Assembly: GCA_030704615.1 (NCBI GenBank)
Contig: CM060733.1
Coordinates: 60,016,001-60,080,000, forward strand
Origin: Takakia lepidozioides
Lineage: Eukaryota > Plantae > Bryophyta
Reading direction: 5' to 3'
DNA: 64,000 nucleotides
Part shown: positions 1-11,059 of the stretch, one piece after another
Position numbering within the stretch: the stretch's first letter is position 1
Layout of the letters: the number at the start of each line of letters is the position of its first letter
Translations under genes and position numbers: made by a program
The notes under the pieces: generated by a model
The model's database searches: none
What the model was told of the DNA's origin: nothing
Seen by the model: the letters and a program-made list of their open reading frames with translations, nothing else

Positions 1-699
1 ATCTAGTGTCTACCTTCGTCCACGAGGCCCCCATGGCTACATGCAGATAGACCGCATACAAAGGTGATACTAACGTAAGGTCTTGAAAGCCTCCCTGCCA
101 CACCCAAGCTTTGCAGATCCTGCTGTCATTCTATTCCAGGTAATCGTAGGGAGCGTAACCAGTTGTTAAAAATAGCTACGCAGCCAAGGGACGGAAAACG
201 CGCTACTAATATGTCGTCCAATCAAGTGTATCGCATCCGGATCAATGTTCAGTGGGCAGCTGTCAGTACAGAATGGACTAGGTAACCGGCGAGAGCTGGC
301 CGGTTACAGGTAATAGCTATCACGGGTCACCGGTCAGGTCGAGCCGGTTACCGGACATAGCGGGAGCGTCAAGCTGACTGGCTAATGACCGGTTACATGG
401 GAGGTACCTTGGGGTTGGGAGGTAGGTAGATAAGTCGGTTGCTCTCTTTCTTGTTAGAATTCGTGTTTATGTTTTGTTTATCTCTGCTGTTTCTAGTGCG
501 CGTTTGAGCGAGTTTTAATTCTCAGATGGAGGTTATATATGTATTTAGAGTAGTCAGATGTAGGTATTTCGATTTCTGCACACTAGTTCAATTCTGAACC
601 ATTTAAGCTATACTAGCCACATGTCACATCTGAAGTGCAACAGGTGTCGTGACGTGTCGCTTGCGTAGTGGTGCATGTGTTCCTCTAAAGCCTCTCCAT

Positions 700-954
700 G
701 TAGGCAACGCTCATCAGACAATGTAGTCATATAGTTAGTCGTATGTAAGTCATAGAGTTGTCACTACATCACTATCTTATGCATGACTCCAGGTGCCACG
801 CACGCAGTCACGGCTATGACTTGCAAAATGCAGTCCTAAAGACTAGTCGCTATGACAGGGTTTTTTTCACTATAGAGTGAAGTAGTCATGAACGCATATA
901 GGACTGAAAAAATAGTCATATGTGCAGTCATAAAAACACTCATCTGTTGTAGTG
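700..954 (+). mobile_element. CACTA-like transposon right terminus with subterminal repeats
   Basis: Ends ...catctgttgtagtg at 954 (reverse complement CACTACAACAGATG). Dense agtcat/atgact motifs in both orientations over 720-940. The left end is not visible (may lie before the window). Confidence 0.7.
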
Positions 955-1792
955 ATATTTAGCAGACACTCATACCTTAGCAGACAATCTGGACTTCAGC
1001 AGACAAAAACATTTCAGAAGACCTAATTATGGACATATACAGTCTGGTGAAGTCTTCCACAGATGAGCAGACTACGCGACAACACAAAAAATAGGTCTGT
1101 CGGCTTCAGCACAAGTCGGTTCATACGGGAGCTAACTGCTATGCAGCAAAACACACACGATCCATTGGGCATTCGGAGCTCTATTGACCATTCAGCAGAC
1201 CACAAGACTCAGCAGACCATGGCAATGAGCAGACCACTGCCTTTAGCAGACTCCAGAGACTGGGGTAGAATAAGTAAGAGACCGAACTATGGACGTGCAT
1301 AGTCTGCTGAAGTTCAGCAGACTAATCGACAGTAGTCCCAAAAAAATGCATAAAATTGCAGGAATGGTTTGATAGCATTACCTCGTCAAGTATGTTGCCC
1401 GCATCGCCATCATGCATGGCATTCAACCACTTTTCTTCGGCTTCCCGAATACTTGATGTTATCCGTCTTGTCTGCACATATCTGAAGAAAAAGGGGAAGA
1501 ACTGCGGATCGTCTTGGGGTGGGCAGACTGGTGGGAGAACGCCAAACCAAAATAGGTGCAACGTTCCCGGGCAGGCTGGACCCGTAGACTTGTGGGTGGT
1601 CTTTTCAGGTCCCATATCTTCGGTATGCCCAACCCGCAGACCAGGCTGCTGGTCTCCTGGGCGGTGTGGGCAAGAGAGGTGTTGTCGTCCAGGCTGTCTA
1701 TGAGCATGTCCAAGTTTGTCCTCTCAGATAAGGCAATATCCACTGCACTGGACAGTGGACCTTGCCCTTCGAAGTCATTATTTCGGATGATG

Positions 1793-4683
1793 TGACATAA
1801 TATATGACTAGCATGTTTATGCCACGTGTCATCAAGAATGTCTCTGAAAATAATTTAATAGTTATATTTGTAATTTTAAATTCTTAAATTTATATTTTAT
1901 TTTTGAAAACAGGGGATAGCAGCTTGGAATTTTTTATTAAATGGTATTAATGTTTAATTTAATAATGTAGATTAAACAAACTTCAAAATAGACTTGCATA
2001 CTGACATTCAAAAATCCAAATGAGCCCTGTCCCAATGGACACCTCAAAGGCCACAAGGTCCAAAAATCCATGCCTGAAAAGGTCCAGTAAGCAAAAATAA
2101 GCAAGCCCACACATGGGCTGAATTGTTGTAATACTAGTTTGTTCTGGTGCTACTAGAATCAAGGACCCTGTTAAACAGTGCAATACTTACGGCCGATTTG
2201 ATAAGAGGGAAAAACAGGGTGAAATGTGTTGAAGAAGGTGCCTTGATTAACAGTGCCTGATTTGATCAATTGTGCCGCTACTGCTGCGGCTTCCAGTTGA
2301 CCATCTACCCATGCAGGTTTCTTGTACCTATCCTTCCACAGGGAATCATAGGTAATATGGAGCTTGAAATCCGGCCCTCTTGAATGAATGTGGACCCACA
2401 CATCTATCCCTGCTCCTTCAGCTATCCATGCCCATGCACAAATCATGCATATATCCTCGCCTTGCTGCTAGCAACTGACAATGACAGCCAAGTTCTATGA
2501 CCCAAACCCAGAGTGAGCACAATGGCTTTGTAAGGCCAATGCTACAGGGCATATTCAATACTACAATGAGGATACGCAAGCAGCAGATACCATGTGCAAA
2601 TAAAAAAACAACAAAGGTGGTGAAGGTGTGCAACCTGCCAAAGAGATGGCGGAGTTGAGGAAGGATGAAGCAACTACAGACATTGCGAAATGCTCTGATG
2701 CGGGCAGAAGGGAAGACCCAGGCCCTGTCGGGGTTCAGCTGGCAAAAGAACAAGCTGCTGACAGCAACAACATGGAAGCAGAGTGGATACAAGTTGATTT
2801 TGACAAACCTGAGTCCATCAGACAAGGCATTAGAAGGCCCAAACAAAGAACACTGTCTAAAATCTGTAATAACATGAGACACAGTCGTCAAACACTAACC
2901 CAACATGGGTCTTGGCAAACTTTCAGCAAAGTTGAAACAATCACAGAAGCAAAAAAAAGGGTAGGACCTCAAGGGAAGATGTATGGAGTACCTTTTGCAG
3001 TGATCAATGAGTACGTGGAAGGAGGAGAAGCTTACCCATTGTCAAGCACGGAGTACATGATGCAACCAACAGCACAAGTATCACATCGAGGATTTAGGGC
3101 AAAAACATGGATTTGGTGAAGAAGAATGCATTGGCATGGACAACATCTACAGCTCAGCAGGGTTTGAGCGCCAACCAGAGATATTCATGGGAGAGGGTGA
3201 CAAAAGCGAGGAAGAAGCCAAAACACAAAGCCTTGACGCATTCACTGAAGACTGGGCAGACAAACAGATAAAAGAAGACAGTTCGCAAGAAACGGATAAG
3301 AGGGAAAAACAGGGTGAAATGTGCTGAAGGAGGTGCCTTCAGTAGACGTGCTTGACCTTATCAATTGTGCCGCTGTTGCTGCCGCTTCCAGTTGACCATC
3401 TACCCATGTAGGTTTCTTGTAGCTATCCTTCCACAGGGAATCATAGGTAATGTGGAGCTTGAAATCCAGCCCTCTTGGATGAATCTGGACCCACACTCTA
3501 TCCCTGCTCCTTCAGCTATCCATGCCTCTGACAACCTAGAATTCTACCAGCAAACACCCCAACCATACTGGTGTGGAGTTCTTCCCCAAAACACCCCAAC
3601 CCTACTTATCACAATCTGAAATGCATCTGCTTCTCTCTGTAGTCCAACAGGCATTCGCATTTTTATCTCCATTGTCCCACCATTGACTAGGGTCGGAAAG
3701 TGTTCACCCCAAAGCTTCTCCTCACCTCTATTATATGTTTTTGGATACTTCCATGCTGCCACACTGGCAGTAACTTGCCAAAGTCACTCCAAACCACCAC
3801 AGATCTACCCACAACCTAACTTACAAAATTCAATATGCATGTTGCGGCCGAGTCTGATGAGAGGGCAACACAGGCTGAAATAGGTTGAAGAAGAAGGTAC
3901 CCTACCACATTGTCCTTGACCTGTCCTGACCCATGGAGGATTTGACCGACCATCAACCTAAAAGGAGACCTCTTGTGTGTGCTGCTTGTGTCTGTAGTCA
4001 GGTAATGTCGGATTGGTCTGTGAGATCGAACCACTACGACGTAGCTGAGTAGTCAGAGATTGAAACACGCATGCTAAGACCAAGCTGACTCTCCCAAGAA
4101 CGGCGAGCTCGCTTCTCCTCGTCTCGTCTCCTCCTCCTCTTCTCCTTCGTGCATCATTTGCTCAACGCCTCCATCCCACGCCCCTGCATATCCTGCTATC
4201 ATCGCGTTCCATCCCTCGGCTATGTGGTGTGGCGCAGGAGACAAAAAAACGCCAAGTCCCAGCCCTCATTTCTGTTCACGATTACCCTAATGGGCAACCT
4301 TATTAGCAATTTTTTAATTTTTTTAAACCTAATGGACAACCTTATTTGCATTATATGTGCCTTCAAAATGACACGTGTAGTGATGTAGTCGTATAAATAG
4401 AGCTGTGAAACCATCTTCAGTCATGGAGTCATAAGATTCCATGAAACGTCGTCCACGTGTAGTCAAACATATCACACTAGTCATATAAACCATCCCTGTC
4501 ATCATGGTCAACAATGTTTTACCAATGCTCCCTAACTTTCCGGAGTCATGTAGTGATATCCATTACTACAAAGTCATAAAACTATGACTGCAATGCATTT
4601 CAGCGCTCTGTAGTCATCTACTTAGTGCAGTTTTTATGACTCCGCCAAAACCGTAGTCCTAAAAACGCTCATCTCTTGTAATG
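1793..4683 (+). mobile_element. CACTA-like element nested in the CAGAC-rich element (right end visible, left end not)
   Basis: Ends ...aaaacgctcatctcttgtaatg at 4683, near-identical to the 954 terminus, with the same agtcat/atgact subterminal repeats at 4380-4660. The left boundary is estimated from the compositional change near 1793. Confidence 0.55.
2200..3526 (+). repeat. Internal direct duplication (~230 bp): 2200-2433 and 3295-3526
   Basis: Both copies translate on the minus strand to near-identical peptides (DFKLHITYDSLWKD.YKKP.WVDGQLEAAA.AAQLI...TFHPVFPSY). Confidence 0.85.
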
Positions 4684-7600
4684 TATCATGGTCTGCTGAG
4701 TATTGTGGTCTGCTGAATGTGGATTGTGGGCTGCTGATGGTTTGTTGATTGTCTACTGAGTGTCAATAAATTCAGTCAGTCCAATGGATCCGGTCTGTCC
4801 GATGAAGCTCATTTGTCTTTTGTTGTACACTGCTCAGTCTATTCGCAAAGTCATATTAACTTGGCGGACGCCACGTCAGGAACCTCCTTTGCAAGTGCGT
4901 GAGGTGCGGCTTGTAGTGCAGCGGGTTCGCGAGTACATTTTGATGAAATACCCCGGATCAGCAACCGCCATAGACGAACTTGACATGGAGTTGGCAGGTC
5001 CCCTCCAGTAGACCGCTGACTTCATCACTCCTCAGGAGACCACAGCATACCACAACAGACCTCAAGAGACCCCAGCAGACCTCATCACACCAAACCATAG
5101 TGAAGCACACGCCAGCAATCATGAGCAGGACTCCTCGCACCTGGGCAGACCGAACCACACCTCAACAGACCTCATACTCGAGACTGGGCCAATTGGACAG
5201 GGTGAAGACTATGCCCATTTCCCCTCCACTGTGGGCATTTTTGGGGTGTGGAGATTGCCGTTACCGGTGGCGCCGAAGAACACAGAAGATCCTACACTTC
5301 CCCCCTTCAGGATTGATGACACAAGTGCCCATGTGGACTGGTACAGTGACCTGCACCACATTGTAACGGGCCGGAGGTGGCCCTTTGTCCCTTATCTCTA
5401 TTCCATGGAGTATACTGACCGGAAGATAGCCAACCATCGTTCTGGAGCAAGCATCGACCGGAATCAGTTTTGTTGTTTCTTCTTTGAGTGAAGTAAATGA
5501 ACCGCCACTCCTTGTTCAGCTCCTCCTTATGGATGACCCTCGCCCGGAGGAGGTGCGGCATATGGCTATGGCACACCCAACGTTCGGTGTCCGCAAGAAG
5601 CACTTGTTCGCAGTGACTGCGGTCCACTTCGACCGGATGGCATCATCGTTCCTGTAGCATCGGTGGATGCAGTTTGGAAATTTCACATCATACAAGAAGT
5701 TGCTGAAGGACTTGCCCACTCTTCGGCAAGACTTCCTACATGGATCATAGGCAGGAGAGTCTGTTACAGACGGATCACAAGCACGAGAGTCTGTTGTAGA
5801 TGAGGCTATGTTGTGGTTCTCGTATGTAATGGAGCGTGCTGTCTTTGACATTGTCTTGCTCAAACCAGACGTGTTCAGAGTATTGTGGTCTAGCTCGCCG
5901 CATCACGGCCGCAGTTCCGCGCTTGCCCACCTTGATTCCGCACTGTTGGACCGCCAAATTAAGGACATCGGACTCGTTGGAAATCTACTAGAAGGTACTC
6001 GTGCGCTGCTCTATCTCATTCACTGCCCCCCCCCCCCCGCCAATCCTCCACCGCATTTGTTTATATCGGTTTTTGTGTTCCATGCAGGGCGGACAGCGGG
6101 ACCTGGAAATCGCATGCTGAGTGCTTTCGACTCCCTTGCCAGGGCTGCTAGAGAGGTTGTCCTGGCTGTGCAGGGTCATGAAAACCAAGGGACTGTCCGT
6201 AAGGCTGGCCAGGTCCGGCAGGCTGGGGGGAGGTCTCAGGGGACTGCCGGGGATTTTCAGCCGACTGGTATGCAGACTCAGCAGACTAGTTTGGAGTCTC
6301 AGCAGACTGGTATGGAAATTGAGCAGACAAGACATGTCATGGAGCAGACTGCCTTGGGAAATCAGCAGACTACCGTGGAGTCTCGAGACGCCTGTGACCA
6401 GGAGACTTGCAAACAGACTGAACAGAAGACTCAGGATGACACTGAAAAGGACACTCCCATTGCGAAACAGCATTGCCAGAAGACCCAGAAGACCTCACAG
6501 CAGATCTCAGTGGAGTTTGCTGAACAGTACCCTCCACAAACTGTCCTCCACGACTTGCCCACAACATTTGTTACTGAGTCTGTTATAACGGGATAGTGGC
6601 ACATTCAACAGCCTAACCAACAGTGGAGGTCTGAGCATTTGATCCAATTGAAACGGACATCATCTGCCCAACGTCCCAACTTCTTAATGTCTGCCAACCC
6701 TTTGTCAACGGTGCTAGAATCGATTTTTCCCCGTCGGATAAGTTCACCCACACACTTTGGCCCACACGATGTAACTATGACCTCGGTAAATCCTCAGTAT
6801 TTATCATCCCGTATGACTTTTGAGCTTAGCCCTGTCTTTGTTCGTTCACTGGCGAGAGTCATCGATGAATTTGAAGTGACGGAACCCAACCTGTTAGACC
6901 AATAAACCGCATTCATAGACCTACAGCAGAATCCGATGAGGAATTCAAGAAAACCACACCCCAGCCCTACATGTCCTGACTTTGCACCCTTCCACCGCTT
7001 TCACACCAAGTATGTTCTGTCAGCAGACCCTCAAAACTTACGTGATGGTGAAATGATAGTCTGCTGGGTGCGCCTACAAGGACCAGAACCACCGTATATG
7101 CACAGCATGACAAGCCAGCCAGACTGACAAAATGCCAATGGGAGTGCACAGACGACCAGAGAGAGGAGGCCTACCTGGACACTGTAGAGTACACTGGCCA
7201 GGAGACTGTCCAGCAGACTAGGCAGGAGACTGCCGTGGGTGCAGATTGCATTGCATTGTTCCGGGAGTCTGCCCATGACATTGCCCCCCCGGAGATGCAG
7301 ATAACTCCCCATGCCCACAGAGTCATGAGTCTGCTCCTACGTCTGAGAATCTCTTCCACCAGACTCCACATTACTCCGCCCAAGAGACTACACACAGGTC
7401 TGCTCAGACGAAGTTCACAAGACTCTGGTCAGCAGACAGCACAAGACTCCGCCGAGGGGTGACTGCCCCTGCTTAGAGAGTCTGCCGGAAGACTGCAAAG
7501 ACTTTGCCCACCCGACGCACATGAGTCTGCCCAGGTGACTGCAGCAGCAGACCCGTCCCACCCAACTGCGCTGAGTCTGCCCAGGAGACTGAAGAAGCGG

Positions 7601-9393
7601 CCCTGCCCACCGGACACTGCGCATGAGTCTATCCGGTTGACTTCAGAGACACACCCCAACAGACTGCAGCAAAACAATTCCCAGCAGACTGTAGCAGACC
7701 ATCTCCAACAGAACTGAACAGATGACTGCACTTGAGTTTTCCAAGGAGACTTCTTCAAAGCATGTCCATCAGAATGCTATACAGCCCGCCCAGGAGAGTT
7801 TCAATGAGGCGACAATTGAGGACGCCGCAAGCAGACTTTGCCTTCGCCATCTCCATCTGCTCCTGCTCCTGCCAATGTTGGGTCAACAACAAAGACAGGC
7901 GGTCTGCTCACACCGCCTAATTCTCATGTTAGTTCAACGCATGCCATTCGTGAGGCTGCGAGGACTGGACCGGGCAAGTGTCAACCAAACCGAATGACAC
8001 TCTTCTGCTGTGCAGCAGAGCTGCAATATTGCGGCAGTTTGGGCAAGTCGTCCCAAGCTTGCGGTAGAGAACGCTCCGTCGAGCAGAAAGAGGAAAAGCC
8101 AAAAAACGTCCGGTCCATTGAGGCGGGTCAAGGAGACTGGAGAGGGTCATGTTCAAAAGAGACCAGCCAGGAAAGGCAAGTCAGATGTGTTGATGAACAA
8201 GGACCGCCGATGTGTTTGGACATGGAAATGCGGTGGCAGAGTACTGCGTCAAAGAAGTAAGTCGTATGTGTCTGGTGCTCGGTCGCATTCTTTAAAGTTG
8301 CCTTGTAGGTATGTATTATGGCAGTCTACTGGCTTCTTGTCTGCAGTCTTGTAAGGCGTGTACTCGGTCTGTTGTGACTGTGCCCCACAGTTGTGTTTGT
8401 CGACTTTATCGATTGTCAGGTCTGTGGTTTCGGTTGCTGTTGTGACAATGCAGTCCACTGGCCGATTGTCGGGTCTGTTGGTCGGTCGCTAAGAGTCTCC
8501 CTTGACTTTGGTTTCTGGACTTATGGTAATTCAGTTCCCCTTCATCGGTCTGCTAAGACTATGCTGCAGCAGACTGATGTTTTGGACATTATGGAATGAG
8601 TGATGTCTTGGTGGGGTCTGATTGTATGTGCAGGATTGAAAGTCGTTTCCGATGATTGATGTCCATACATGTAGCTGCTGGGAATAGCATGGTGTATTTT
8701 TCGAAGGAGACTCGCGGGTTCCGATGTGGCATTAGCACCGGACGACATGAAAGCACTGAACGTTGAGTCGGAGTGCTCGGACAGATTTTGGATGGCTGAT
8801 GTCGTTGTTCGAGAACACCCTAGACTCGAGGACGTATGGCATTGTCGCTCTTTTGCCAACGTCGACGTGGTATGTTTTCCAGACTTTCGACACAGCCCCA
8901 CGTGAAACTTTTTGGTGGCAACCTTGATGGTGCCTTGACTCCTGCGGGGACTTGGCAAAGATATTAAAGACTGCACTCATATATTGGTGCCGGTCTTGCA
9001 AGGGTAAGACCCAACGGACTTGTTGCACATTTTGTTGTCTTCTGTGTGTGTTCGACCTCATGGTCTGTTCGACTGTCGTGTGAGTTGGACATCATGGTCT
9101 GTTCAACTCCTGCACTCTTGGACTGTTGGTCTGCTGGACTGCTAGTCCGTTGAATCTGTTGGAGTATTGTGTGTATTCGGCAGTTGGCCATTTGGACAGC
9201 CGAGTATGTTTGTCTGTTGGTCTGCAGAGTCTATTGGGTTTGGGACTAATGAAATTGCCGGGCATGTTCATTTTTACATTGAAGGTGCCACTAGAGCGTC
9301 ATTATCATCGACCTAAGGAAAGGCGCCTACACCCACTTGAACTCCCGGAGGGAAATGCATACTTGCGTATAGCTCCTTGGTTGGATTCGGAAG

Positions 9394-9650
9394 GTGCATG
9401 CAGGGTGCTTTGGATATGTTGTTGGGACTCCACAATGGGATGAAGTAATGGCATTTCAGTTCAACTCTCCCGAAGTGCTCCAACAACCTTTCAGTTGGGA
9501 GCGTGGGTTTTACGTGATGTCTTTCATTGAAGGGTATTACGACTGGCTGAAAGGCGATAGGCAGAAAACCAAATAGAGAGGACAAGCCTTCACACCAAGG
9601 TGGTTTAATTTCAGGTTTCCGTTACTGCAACGATTGCAGTGTGTAAAGTA
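9394..9650 (+). pseudogene. Ulp1-like (SUMO protease) C-terminal remnant, transposon-borne
   Basis: PEVLQQPFSWERGFYVMSFI resembles the Ulp1 Q-x(3-4)-(D/E)CG-x-YV motif with the catalytic Cys changed to Arg. An in-frame stop follows. Confidence 0.45.
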
Positions 9651-9975
9651 TATCCGCCGTGGTTTGGACGATGCAGAAAAATTGCTCCCTTGAGGAAATA
9701 AATATATACATTCAATGTTGTTTCAATTCACCTACGGGTCTGGCGGGCCGACTTCCCCTCCCAAGTCTGCCAGCAGACTCGCCCCTGCGAGTCTTCTGGC
9801 GGACTCGGCCGGGCAAGTCTGCCAGCGACTTGGTTGGGCGAGTCGGGCTTGCCCACGCGAGTCTCTCAGGGAACTATCGCACGCGACTCTGCCACAGACT
9901 CTGTCAAAGCACACTATGACGACAGTTGCATGCCAGAGGACTTCGACAGTGGGTGTCTGTTGAGGTATGGAAGAC

Positions 9976-11059
9976 TCACCTTATAGCGTTGATTTCAGCG
10001 TCCGCATCATCGACAATGAAGACATTGGGTTGCCAGGTTGGCATATTTGCGTGGAGTCGGTCACGCAAGGCTGTCATCCATGGCACCAGGTCTATTGTCC
10101 TATTCCTGGCGGATATGATGTACGCAACTGGTATACCGTTCAGCCACTCGTCGAAAACCATCAACGTGTACAATGGGAACTGTTCAGATGCACTATGTCA
10201 CTATGTCAGTTGGTTCCAATGTGCAACATCCTACAAACAATTGATTTGCAGAAATGGTAAGAGGGATGAATCGTACCTTGTGGTGATTTGTCTCGAAGGT
10301 TGCATCGCATGCAACGATACGCGCATGTCCCAATTGAAGCATTCTCTGCTTCTGCCACTCAGTTTGAATGCCAATAGTGAATGTCATCATAATGCTTGAA
10401 GGTTGGCGCCAATGTTTCTTCTCGATAGAAGAAGACTGATGCAGGGTTCAGGTCTTTCCACATGCGGACGCTGTCGGCATCGTTGGCATGCTTTTTTTGA
10501 ACGTCTGCCGCGCCCATTTCTCAACCAAGTTGCAGACATCTTGCTCGAGGAGGAAATCATCATGTGTCCATGCATCTCCCAAAACTGTGTTGTTCATGAC
10601 ATGCTCCTTGTGTTCCATCATGATTTGTGCGACCGTGAGGCCTCGACACAAATACTCAACGACCCAGGCTTTCAATGCGGGGACCCAAAAATTGGAATTA
10701 GTCCTTTAGGGGTTAAAGTTGAAACTGATTGGGCCGTGAAAACTAACATTTTTATCAACAATGTTGATACAATACTGTCATGGTTTCTATTGTTAGTATT
10801 ATGTAGAAATAAGCGGGAGATAATTTTATGAAATTGTCAAGTTCGATGAAATGGTGTTAATGGCCGGGGGTGGGATGGATGTAAAAGACGTTATTTGTAA
10901 TGACTGAAAAGGGTAAGTCAATCCACGACCTAGGCACCTCCCGCGGAAATACGCCCTATATGTTCGGAATTCATAGATGACGTGGCGTGAGCCTATGTTG
11001 GGCTCACGGGCTCCTGGGCTCACAGGCTCATGCCTCCAGGCTCACGGTGTAGCAACCCC
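9976..11059 (-). mobile_element. MULE (SWIM-type Mutator-like) transposase remnant with its 5' terminal region
   Basis: Frameshifted, spliced segments DDFLLEQDVCNL, FTIGIQTEWQKQRMLQLGH..IVACDATFETN and YTLMVFDEWLNGIPVAYII...WQPNVFIVDDADAEINAIR match the MULE DDE domain. The candidate terminus GGGGTTGCTACACCGTGAGCC starts at 11059, with gtgagcc subterminal repeats. Confidence 0.85.

Larger units (their letters stand above)
955..9960. mobile_element. Large decayed DNA-transposon body rich in CAGAC/GTCTG motifs, with broken ORFs and nested insertions
   Basis: Very frequent (ag)cagac / gtctg(ct) motifs at 955-1330 and 4690-9960. Stop- and frameshift-interrupted reading frames at 5231-7127. Ulp1-like remnant near 9.5 kb. 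Family and boundaries are uncertain. Confidence 0.5.
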
